24,000 bases of DNA, from positions 41,313 to 65,312 of the forward strand of contig AP031373.1 of NCBI GenBank assembly GCA_042850255.1, written 5' to 3'. The position numbers were made by a program, and so were the translations under genes. This DNA comes from Nanobdellota archaeon (GTDB taxonomy: Archaea > Nanobdellota > Nanobdellia > Nanobdellales > Nanobdellaceae). The notes beneath the pieces are model-generated. The model was not told where the DNA came from, searched no databases, and was given only the letters and a program-made list of their open reading frames with translations. Numbering within the stretch: position 1 is the stretch's first letter; each line of letters starts with the position of its first letter. This document shows, one piece after another, positions 15,118 through 23,061 of the stretch.

Positions 15118-16623
15118 CTTATTTATTAATTCTAAATATGATTTATAATATTCATCAAAATATTGATCAAAAGAATAATTAATATTATATCTTTTTGATA
15201 GATAATTATATATATCGATAACTCTCTTTGGATAGTTTTTATCTGGTAAAGAATTTGATAACATTTGATATTCTAACATTTTCTTAAATATTTCTTCTTT
15301 CTTTATATTTTTTTCAATTGAAAATTCATTAGATATATTATTTATTTCATATGTTGATTCTAATCTTCCGAAATTGTATATTGCATAATCCTTTGGATTA
15401 AATATATTCATTAAATGATCTGAAAAATATTTATCATATATTAAATTTGGTAAAAACAATCCTAAAGATAAATATGGATTTATGATTGATGAATAATTAT
15501 TTCCCAAAGGTATACAAAATGATATATCATTTATATTGAATACATTAGAAATATATCTGATATTTTTTCCTAAGATAGATAATTCTTCATATGCAATTTT
15601 TTCTATTAAATATTTTGCAATATTATAATTTTTTTCTGAAGATAAATTATTTATATCAAAACCCGGTTTTTCTAAATCTTTAATTGTTATTTTATTTAAA
15701 TATAATCCTTCCATAATTAATCCTAATATGTATCCTAGATATAAAGTATCTAATCCATATTTATTTGCTGTATTTATTAAATCTGATATTAAATTTTCAT
15801 CAAATATACCAATAAATGGTCCCAACATATTAAAAGGTTCATATGGATATTCTTTCTTTAAATTTTTTATTAATGGATCTATATAATCATTAAATATTTT
15901 TTTATTTTCTTCTTCAGAAAAATATATATTTCTAAAATTTAGAATTGGTATTTTTTCTGATATTAATTCATATACTTCCTTTATTGATTCATGATATTTT
16001 ACTTTTTCAAAATCTAATTCTAATTTTTTTATTTCTATCTTATTATCTCCTCCAATAGATAATCCTGTAATATTATGATAATTATATAATATAGATCCTA
16101 TTCCTCCTTTTGTTGCTTTAATTTTATTTCCTTCAAATACTATTAAATTTCCATATATTGTATATTTTGATCCTAAACCTTCTAATAAAATAATAAAATC
16201 TTTTCCAGAGTATATATCTTTTATTGTATTATAATATTCTTCCTTTTTCTTAAACAAATCTTCAGAAATTTCATCTTCTAGAAATATTACATTATCATTA
16301 TCAATAATTAAAAAATATTTTTTATCTGCCTTTCCTTTTAATATTATTAAATCATTCCCAGTTAATTTAATATATTTGCCAAATGAGGATAAATTAATAT
16401 CAATTGAACCTGTTATTGGTGATCTATAAATTATTAATGAATTTATATTTTCCTTATCTTTTGAATATCCTACTGAAAATATTGTTAAATTATTTTCATA
16501 TGGATCCTTTTCATATGTTTTATTATCTAAATGTAATTTTATTGAATAATCCAAAGTTTTTTCATTGATTATTTCATTTTTCACTTCTTTTTTATTAAGA
16601 TCTATTAATAATGTTCTTATCAT
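15103..16623 (-). CDS. Aldehyde:ferredoxin oxidoreductase (AOR)-family homologue, cysteine-depleted (probably non-redox)
   Basis: 506-aa ORF. The N-terminus TLLIDLNKKEV...DPYENNLTIFSVG...YRSPITGS...TGNDLIILKGKADKKYFLIIDNDNVIFLED parallels AOR domain 1 (L.V.Lt.gev...dPl.peN.Lifa.GP...akSPlTGg...aGyDalvveGkA.kPvYl.I.d..v.i.dA). The central YEPFNMLGPFIGIFDENLISDLINTANKYGLDTLYLGYILGLIMEG parallels the AOR YE...alG...Gi.d...v..l..lcd..GlDtIs.G..iafamE segment. The protein has only one Cys. Its last 5 codons and stop lie inside tRNA-Arg. Confidence 0.65.
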   Translation of the reverse strand: MIRTLLIDLNKKEVKNEIINEKTLDYSIKLHLDNKTYEKDPYENNLTIFSVGYSKDKENINSLIIYRSPITGSIDINLSSFGKYIKLTGNDLIILKGKADKKYFLIIDNDNVIFLEDEISEDLFKKKEEYYNTIKDIYSGKDFIILLEGLGSKYTIYGNLIVFEGNKIKATKGGIGSILYNYHNITGLSIGGDNKIEIKKLELDFEKVKYHESIKEVYELISEKIPILNFRNIYFSEEENKKIFNDYIDPLIKNLKKEYPYEPFNMLGPFIGIFDENLISDLINTANKYGLDTLYLGYILGLIMEGLYLNKITIKDLEKPGFDINNLSSEKNYNIAKYLIEKIAYEELSILGKNIRYISNVFNINDISFCIPLGNNYSSIINPYLSLGLFLPNLIYDKYFSDHLMNIFNPKDYAIYNFGRLESTYEINNISNEFSIEKNIKKEEIFKKMLEYQMLSNSLPDKNYPKRVIDIYNYLSKRYNINYSFDQYFDEYYKSYLELINKAPVV

Positions 16624-16659
16624 AATATAGATAAGATATCTAAAATAATATTAATTTAA

Positions 16660-16742
16660 GGACCCGTGCCCGAGAGGCCAAAGGGGCTCGGTTCAGGTCC
16701 GAGTGGTGAGAACCTTCGGGGGTTCGAATCCCCCCGGGTCCA
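16660..16742 (+). tRNA. tRNA-Leu (anticodon CAG), class II with long variable arm
   Basis: GGACCCG-TG-CCC-GAGAGGCCAAA-GGG-G-CTCGG-TTCAGGT-CCGAG-TGGTGAGAACCTTC-GGGGG-TTCGAAT-CCCCC-CGGGTCC-A. The anticodon loop TT-CAG-GT gives CAG. Confidence 0.9.
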
Positions 16743-18708
16743 TTATATTAATATTAAAGCTCCCAATATTGCTCCAACTATTATTGGATATAATATTTTT
16801 TCTGATGCAACCACAAATGAAGGGCTCATTGGAGAGTATGTTACAATTAATTGATATTGATTTCTTTCCATGATATTATTATTTATTTTCATATTAACGA
16901 ACAGATAAGAAGATCCTATATAAAACGAATATACCGTAAATTTAATTATATATGACTGTCCGGGTTGTAAATTTGAGATAGTTATATTATTTATTTTATA
17001 GATTGGTATTTGATTATAATATAATTCGGGGGTATTTCCTAACTGTTGAAAATCAATTGTAAGATTACTTACATTTACATCTCCTATATTAGTTATATTC
17101 AATACTAAATAATAATATGGATTGTTTATATATAATTCAAATCCATTATTTACAGAATATATTAATTGGTTAGAATTTGGAGATACTACATATGCCTGTA
17201 ATTGAATTATATCTAAAAAAGGAACAACAGTAAAATTATAGGTATCAGATGCATAAGAGTATGTATTTGAGGCATTTATTGTTATATTATAAGATCCAAG
17301 AGAAACTGATGTAGAAGAAGTTATATCAATTGGTATTGAACATGAAGTACTTGTAGTAGTACATGAATTACCTTGAGGGAATGAACATGTAAATCCTGAA
17401 GGAGTATTACATGAAAATGTAACTGTTGTAGATGCACCTCCAGGATTATATATATTTGCTGTTGCTGTAGTAGATAAATATCCTCCTGGAGCAGAGGAAC
17501 CGGAAGAGGGACTAAGAGTTACAGACGAAATATATGTACATGTTAAGTTTGGATTCTCTAATGCATTTATATTTGTATTTTCAAAAATGAAGGCGTTAGT
17601 ATCGTTATATAAGAAATAATCTATTGTACTCTCACCATTTACACTAGTAGGATAAAATGCATTTTGAATACAAAAAACAGTTAGGTTATCAACAGTATTA
17701 TTTACTATAGTATAAGTATTATTATTATAGAAATCTGGAGGCAAACCAAATATATAATCTACTAATGAAGCATCCATCATAAAAAATGAGTTATTGTATA
17801 TATATGAATTGGCATAAATAGATGCGTAAGAAGTAGAAGCATTAATAGAAGAATTAAGATAAACAGCATAACTAGAATCATAAATATTAACATTAGAAAA
17901 TAAATTATTGTATAGATATGAATAAGCATAAACATTATAATAAGAAGTAGAGGCAGAAGAAGATGGATAGAAATATATAGCATAAGTAGAATTGTAAATA
18001 CTAACATTAGAAAATAAATTGTCATGTACATATGAATAAGCATAAGTATAGTAACTACTAGAAGAAGAGGAAGAAGATGGATAGAAATATATAGCATAAG
18101 TAGAATTGTAAATACTAACGTTAGAAAATAAATTATTGTATAGATATGAATCAGAAGATGACGTTGAAGAAGAGCTAGTAGATGAAGAAGAACTAGAATA
18201 AAAATAAATAGCATAATTTGAATTATAGATATTAACATTAGAAAAAGAATTATTGTATAGATATGAATAAGTATAGGCAGAAGGACCACTATAACCAGTA
18301 GAACTGATGGAAGAACTGAAATATATAGCATATCCAGAATTGTAAATACTAACGTTAGAAAATGAATTGTTAGTTATATATAAATAAGCAGGGACTGGAG
18401 GATTATAAGAAGAAACAGAAGTATAGGAAGAAGAAGATGGATAGAAATATATAGAATAACTGGAATAATAAATAATAATATTAGAAAAAGAATTATTGGT
18501 TATATATAAAGAAGAATAGGCAGAAGGAATATTGGAAGCTGTAGATTGATATGCATATGCCGAAGAGGATGGATAGAAATATATAGCATAAGTAGAATTG
18601 TAAATATAGATATTAGAAAATGAATTATTGGTTATATATAAATAAGAATAGACCGGTATATAATAATTATTATTGATAGTAGGTGAATATGAAGAAGAAC
18701 TAGAATAA

Positions 18709-18730
18709 AAATAAATAGAAATAAATAGAA
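18709..18730. repeat. 10-bp tandem duplication (ATAAATAGAA x2) causing the frameshift
   Basis: 18711-18720 equals 18721-18730. On the coding strand this is TTCTATTTAT TTCTATTTAT. Removing one copy joins ...NSSYSIYFY to SSSSSYSPTINNN... in frame. Confidence 0.85.
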
Positions 18731-18812
18731 TAACTAGAATTATAAATATTAACATTAGAAAAAGAATTATTATTTATATAAGAATACGAATAAATGGAAT
18801 ATTCGGAAGATC

Positions 18813-19041
18813 CGCTATTTGCAGAGGTGGAAGAAGAAGAACTAGAATAAAAATAAATAGCATAATTTGAATTATAGATATTAACATTAGAAAATAAGTT
18901 GTTATTAATATAAGAATCCGAATAGGCGCTATTTGCAGAGGTGGAAGAAGAAGAACTAGAATAAAAATAAATAGCATAATTTGAATTATAGATATTAACA
19001 TTAGAAAATAAGTTGTTATTAATATAAGAATCCGAATAGGC
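18813..19041. repeat. Perfect 2 x 114-bp direct tandem repeat
   Basis: By my base-by-base comparison, 18813-18926 is identical to 18927-19040. It encodes AYSDSYINNNLFSNVNIYNSNYAIYFYSSSSSSTSANS twice. Confidence 0.9.
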
Positions 19042-19552
19042 AGCAAAGTTAGAAGAAGCTGAGAAGGCGAAAGAAGAATAGAAATAAATAGAATAACCTA
19101 CATTCAATATATTCAAATTATTTATAGATACATTTTCTATATTTGCACTTTTCGAATTATAATATATTGCATAACTATTTGTACTTTCTCCGGGACCAAT
19201 TATCCAATATCCATTCCCATTAATTATTACATTATTTGTTGTTATATTTATACAATAATATATACCTAGATTAGAATTATAAACAAAATTTGTTAAATTA
19301 TTTGTTAAATAATAAACACCTGGTTGGGATATTGTAACACCACAGGAAGATATGGGAGTTTGGGAATAAATATTATGATTAAATAAAAATCCAAATATCA
19401 ATAATGGTATGATATATATAAATTTCTTCATAAATATAATAAAATATTTAGAATTTATAAATATTCTGGATTTATGAAAGACCACATATTCCTATATAAA
19501 TTATTTAAAATATGTTTCGTTTATTTCCTTCCTTTTATCAATATAACATAAC

Positions 19553-19635
19553 TGCGGCGGAGGGGATTCGAACCCCTGGCGGATCTCTCCAATCGGACCT
19601 CAACCGACCCCCTTTGGCCACTCGGGCACCGCCGC
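19553..19635 (-). tRNA. tRNA-Leu (anticodon GAG), class II with long variable arm
   Basis: Reverse complement reads GCGGCGG-TG-CCC-GAGTGGCCAAA-GGG-G-GTCGG-TTGAGGT-CCGAT-TGGAGAGATCCGCC-AGGGG-TTCGAAT-CCCCT-CCGCCGC-A. The anticodon loop TT-GAG-GT gives GAG. Confidence 0.9.
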
Positions 19636-19740
19636 ATTATTATTTTATATCTAAAATAATTAAAATTTGTTATTTATATTATGAAATAGTAATAAAAGAT
19701 ATTATTTAATCTTATCAAGAAAGGAAAAGTAAAGATTATT

Positions 19741-21096
19741 ATGGAAACTGATGTAATTATAATTGGAGCAGGAGGTGGTGGATATCCTGGTGCATTTAGA
19801 TTGACTAAAAATGGATATAGAGCAACTATGATAGATCAAAAAGGAGAATTGGGAGGGAATTGTTTATATTCTGGATGTATACCTTCAAAAACTATTAGAG
19901 AATTAGCACAAATTATATATAGAAATAAAAAATTATTTAATAAAGATTTAAATATAGATTTTTCTTTTATTCAAGATCATAAAGACAGAGTTCAAGAAAT
20001 TAGATATAAACAACATAGAGAAGAATTAAAAGAATATGAAGAAAATCTAGAATTAATAAAGGGTAAAGCGAAATTATTAGATAATAAAACTGTAGAGGTA
20101 TATACTGAAGATAAAAAAGTAGAAATAAAAGGAAAATATATTATAATAGCTACTGGTAGTGAACCTGTAAAGATTGATTTTCCAGGATCCGAATATACAA
20201 TTACTAGTGATGATCTATATGGGTATAAAACTAAATTAAGAAAATTACCAAATGATATTACTATAATAGGAGGTGGATATATAGCAATTGAAACTGCAAA
20301 TATTTTAAAAAATCTAGGATATAATGTAAGAATATTAGTTAGAGGGAATAGAGTATTAAAAAATTTTGAAGACGAAATTGTAAATACGTTATTACCAATA
20401 ATAAATCTAAATATAATATATAATGCACAAGTTTTAAGAATAAATAAAAAAGGAGAAGATGAATATGAAGTAATATATAGTAAAAATGGAGAGATAAAAA
20501 GCTTTACTACTGGTTTAGTAATGCTAGCTATTGGGAGAAAACCAGTTTTGCCAATTGGGGCTAAGAAAATATTAAATATAGATAAAAATGGTTATATAAT
20601 TGTAGATAATCATATGAGAACAAATATAAACAATATATTTGCTACGGGAGATGTAAATGGAAAAGCTCCATATTTTCATACAGCGGTAAGAATGTCAATA
20701 GCTGCTGCTAATAATATAATGAAGAAAAATGATTACATAGAATATAAAAATATACCTGTTACATTGTTTACTACTCCTCCAGCATCATATGTAGGTATAT
20801 TACCTTCTGAAGCTAAGAAAAATAATATAGAATATATAGAAGCTAGTTATGATATGGAAAAAGATGCTATGGGTCAAATGTATGATGAAACGAATGGAAA
20901 ATTAAAGTTATATTTTGAAAAGAATACATTAAGATTAATAGGAGCATGGATGGTTGGTATAAATGCTGAATTTTTAATTAATGAATTGGGACAAGCAGTA
21001 GCAAATAATCTAACTGCAAAAGATTTAGCAAATTTTGCAGAAGAACATCCAACAACCAGTGAATTAATATCTTATACAGCTAGAAAAGTTATTTAA
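19741..21096 (+). CDS. Class-I FAD-dependent pyridine-nucleotide disulfide oxidoreductase (dihydrolipoamide-dehydrogenase-like)
   Basis: 451-aa ORF. It has the FAD motif IIIGAGGGGY, the redox-active disulfide GGNCLYSGCIPSK, the NAD motif IIGGGYIAIE, ATGDV, and the C-terminal dimerisation-domain signature EEHPTTSE (compare HAHPTLSE). Confidence 0.85.
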   Translation: METDVIIIGAGGGGYPGAFRLTKNGYRATMIDQKGELGGNCLYSGCIPSKTIRELAQIIYRNKKLFNKDLNIDFSFIQDHKDRVQEIRYKQHREELKEYEENLELIKGKAKLLDNKTVEVYTEDKKVEIKGKYIIIATGSEPVKIDFPGSEYTITSDDLYGYKTKLRKLPNDITIIGGGYIAIETANILKNLGYNVRILVRGNRVLKNFEDEIVNTLLPIINLNIIYNAQVLRINKKGEDEYEVIYSKNGEIKSFTTGLVMLAIGRKPVLPIGAKKILNIDKNGYIIVDNHMRTNINNIFATGDVNGKAPYFHTAVRMSIAAANNIMKKNDYIEYKNIPVTLFTTPPASYVGILPSEAKKNNIEYIEASYDMEKDAMGQMYDETNGKLKLYFEKNTLRLIGAWMVGINAEFLINELGQAVANNLTAKDLANFAEEHPTTSELISYTARKVI

Positions 21097-21562
21097 CATC
21101 ATTTTTTAATTTTAATTTATATATTTTCTTTCCCCCTATTTTCATCCTTAATAAAAAGTATAAATTAATAGCAAATAATATATCGCTAACAATTAATAAT
21201 ATAACACCCATTTCAAATATATCTAAACTAAATATTGGGGCAACTGTTGCCAATATTATTGCAAAAGATCCTGTAGAACATGCAACCAAACAACCTTGCA
21301 ATCCTGCAAATCCGAATAACGCAGATATAAAAGATAACAAATTATTTTTGTAGAATTTTCTATACTTTATTATAATGTAAAATATTAAAGAGAAATTTAA
21401 AGAGAATAAAATAACAAATATATATGTTAAAATTTGAATATACAAAAATTCTATTAATAATCCTAATAATATAGATTTAATATATAAATATCCAATTATT
21501 GCAAAAATTATTAATAGAATTATTCCGATTTTACTTTTTATCATTTCTTTTAATATATTCAT
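21089..21562 (-). CDS. Integral membrane protein with intramembrane C-x3-C motif, function unknown
   Basis: 157-aa ORF with about 4-5 TM helices. The motif FGFAGLQGCLVACSTGS sits inside a helix. It is reminiscent of the G..HC..MCG motif of DsbD_2-type membrane proteins, but the resemblance is weak. Confidence 0.45.
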   Translation of the reverse strand: MNILKEMIKSKIGIILLIIFAIIGYLYIKSILLGLLIEFLYIQILTYIFVILFSLNFSLIFYIIIKYRKFYKNNLLSFISALFGFAGLQGCLVACSTGSFAIILATVAPIFSLDIFEMGVILLIVSDILFAINLYFLLRMKIGGKKIYKLKLKNDVK

Positions 21563-21615
21563 TATACCTATTCTATACCTTAAAACATTTATAAGTTTAT
21601 TTTTTCATTTATTAA

Positions 21616-23061
21616 AAATGGAAACAAACTCTCGGTGCAATTTATATATATAATACATTAACAAAGGAAAAGGAAGTATTTGAACCTGTAGAATATCCTT
21701 TTGTAAAGATATATCATTGTGGTATAACCCCTTATGACTTTTCTCATATTGGTCATCTAAGATCAGAAATATCTTTAGATATAATAAGGAGAATATTTAG
21801 ATTCTTTGGATACATTGATATAGTAATTAGCAATTTTACAGATATTGATGATAAAATAATAAAAAGGGCAAAAGAATTAAATTTATTAGATAATTGGCAT
21901 TCAATACCAGAACAGTATATTAAGTATCATCTGGAGCAAGTAAAAAGAATAAAAAATTTGCCATTCTATGTAAATCCATTAGTTACAGAACATATAAATG
22001 ATATAGTATTATTTATAAAAGATTTAATAAATAAAGGATATGCATATAAAGGAAAATATAGTATTTATTTTGATGTAGATAAATATAACTATTATGGACA
22101 ATTGTCTGGAACAAAAAAAGAACAATGGAATCAAGAAACAGAATTACTAGAAGATAAAAAGCATTCTTATGATTTTGCCTTATGGAAATTTAGAAAAGAA
22201 GGAGAACCATATTGGAATACAGAAATAGGAGAAGGAAGACCAGGATGGCACATAGAATGTTCTACTATGTCTTCAAGATATTTAGGAGTACCATTTGATA
22301 TTCATTCCGGAGCTCAAGATTTAATATTCCCACATCATGAAAATGAAATTGCACAATCAGAATCTAGATTTAATGTACATCCTTGGGTAAAATATTGGTT
22401 ACACTTTGGATTTTTGAAAATAAAAGGAGAAAAAATGTCAAAGTCATTAGGGAATATTATACCTGCAAAAGAATTTTTAGATAAATATGGAGAAGATGTA
22501 ACAAGATTTTATATAGAATCTTATCATTATAGAGAACCAATTGATGTAAATGAAGAAAGTATAAATCAAGCTAAAGAAAATTATAAATATATAACATCTA
22601 CAATTAAGACAATAGTAAATGAAATAGGATCATTAAATAGAACATTCTATTTAGATGATAATAAGCAAAAGATATGGAGAGAATTATTGAATTATGAGAA
22701 AGAATTTATAGATAGTTTAAGGGATGATTTTGATACTGGAAAGGCTACCAAAATATTATTGGAAGCTACAAATTATATAAATAAAAATGTAATTGGATCT
22801 GAAACATTTACCTTATATTATACATCTTATGAATTCTATAATATTGCTAGTAAAATATATGGATTATGGGAAGATATATTTTATGGAAAAGAAAAAGATA
22901 ATACTATGATAAATAACCTAATAGATATAATAATAGAAATTAGAAAAGAATTAAGAAAGCAAAAAAATTATGAATTATCAGATAAGATAAGAAATATGAT
23001 GAGGAATATTGGTATAGATCTTTTAGATAGAGGAGATGAAACTATATATAGATTTATATAA
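21616..23061 (+). CDS. cysS: Cysteinyl-tRNA synthetase (full frame; the annotated 21958 TTG start is an artefact; 5' end is problematic)
   Basis: The frame of the listed 367-aa ORF is open back to 21616. The extra 114 codons read ...IYIYNTLTKEKEVFEPVEYPFVKIYHCGITPYDFSHIGHLRSEISLDIIRRIFRFFGYIDIVISNFTDIDDKIIKRAKE..., which is the CysRS N-terminus with the YNTLT and HIGH motifs. KMSKSLGN lies downstream. There is no ATG, GTG or TTG in this frame before 21958. The only nearby ATG (21618) is one frame off. Confidence 0.85.
   Translation, partial: KWKQTLGAIYIYNTLTKEKEVFEPVEYPFVKIYHCGITPYDFSHIGHLRSEISLDIIRRIFRFFGYIDIVISNFTDIDDKIIKRAKELNLLDNWHSIPEQYIKYHLEQVKRIKNLPFYVNPLVTEHINDIVLFIKDLINKGYAYKGKYSIYFDVDKYNYYGQLSGTKKEQWNQETELLEDKKHSYDFALWKFRKEGEPYWNTEIGEGRPGWHIECSTMSSRYLGVPFDIHSGAQDLIFPHHENEIAQSESRFNVHPWVKYWLHFGFLKIKGEKMSKSLGNIIPAKEFLDKYGEDVTRFYIESYHYREPIDVNEESINQAKENYKYITSTIKTIVNEIGSLNRTFYLDDNKQKIWRELLNYEKEFIDSLRDDFDTGKATKILLEATNYINKNVIGSETFTLYYTSYEFYNIASKIYGLWEDIFYGKEKDNTMINNLIDIIIEIRKELRKQKNYELSDKIRNMMRNIGIDLLDRGDETIYRFI

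Larger units (their letters stand above)
17780..19110. repeat. Tandem array of about 114-bp (38-codon) coding modules inside the surface-protein gene
   Basis: Recurring blocks at 114-bp spacing. One example is agaagatggatagaaatatatagcataagtagaattgtaaatactaac at about 17957 and 18072. Related copies lie near 18435 and 18565. Array boundaries are approximate. Confidence 0.8.
16743..19431 (-). pseudogene. Large secreted/anchored beta-helix-repeat (NosD/PbH1-like) plus CARDB-like surface protein, interrupted by a frameshift
   Basis: Two overlapping same-strand ORFs (19485-18700 and 18755-16743) are parts of one gene. The N-terminus has a signal or anchor peptide (MKKFIYIIPLLIFGFLFNHNIYS, likely start at 19431). 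Then comes CGVTISQPGVYYLTNNL...YCINITTNNVIINGNGYWIIG, typical of NosD-like beta-helix heads. About 12 modules of the form YxYNNxFSNVxIYNSxYAIYFYxSSSS follow. Next is a Cys/Thr-rich segment and CARDB-like beta-sandwich sequence (LVLNITNIGDVNVSNLTI...LQPGQSYIIKFTV). A C-terminal TM anchor (ILYPIIVGAILGALILI) ends the protein. N-x-S/T sequons are abundant. The frame break is at 18700-18755. Confidence 0.8.

Noticed and set aside
16666-16854. 62-aa ORF MPERPKGLGSGPSGENLRGFESPRVH...
   Set aside because: It is simply a translation through tRNA-Leu(CAG). The GC-rich tRNA gives an atypical Gly/Pro/Arg peptide, and the rest is antisense to the surface-protein C-terminus.
18813-19041. Possible CRISPR array, suggested by regularly spaced identical DNA blocks
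   Set aside because: The repeats are contiguous 114-bp coding modules with no unique spacers. They sit in an open reading frame, and no cas genes are nearby.
17777-19046. Same-strand alternate-frame ORFs 17777-18331 (184 aa) and 18774-19046 (90 aa) with strikingly hydrophobic repeats
   Set aside because: They are out-of-frame readings of the Ser/Tyr/Asn repeat modules. The periodic DNA keeps alternate frames open. The main frame has the signal peptide, the beta-helix head, the CARDB-like region and the anchor, and these do not.
3774-19680. Fixed-distance promoter upstream of every tRNA, as in the RNase P-independent leaderless tRNA transcription of N. equitans
   Set aside because: TATA-like octamers exist upstream of all five tRNAs. 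Their positions vary by my count: about -38/-31 for Gln, -34/-27 for iMet, -31/-24 for Arg and -30/-23 for Leu-GAG. The position for Leu-CAG is unclear. The AT-rich flanks make such matches nearly inevitable, so the evidence is insufficient.
19512-19709. 65-aa ORF overlapping tRNA-Leu(GAG)
   Set aside because: It is a translation across the antisense of a tRNA gene plus AT-rich spacer, so it is not a gene.
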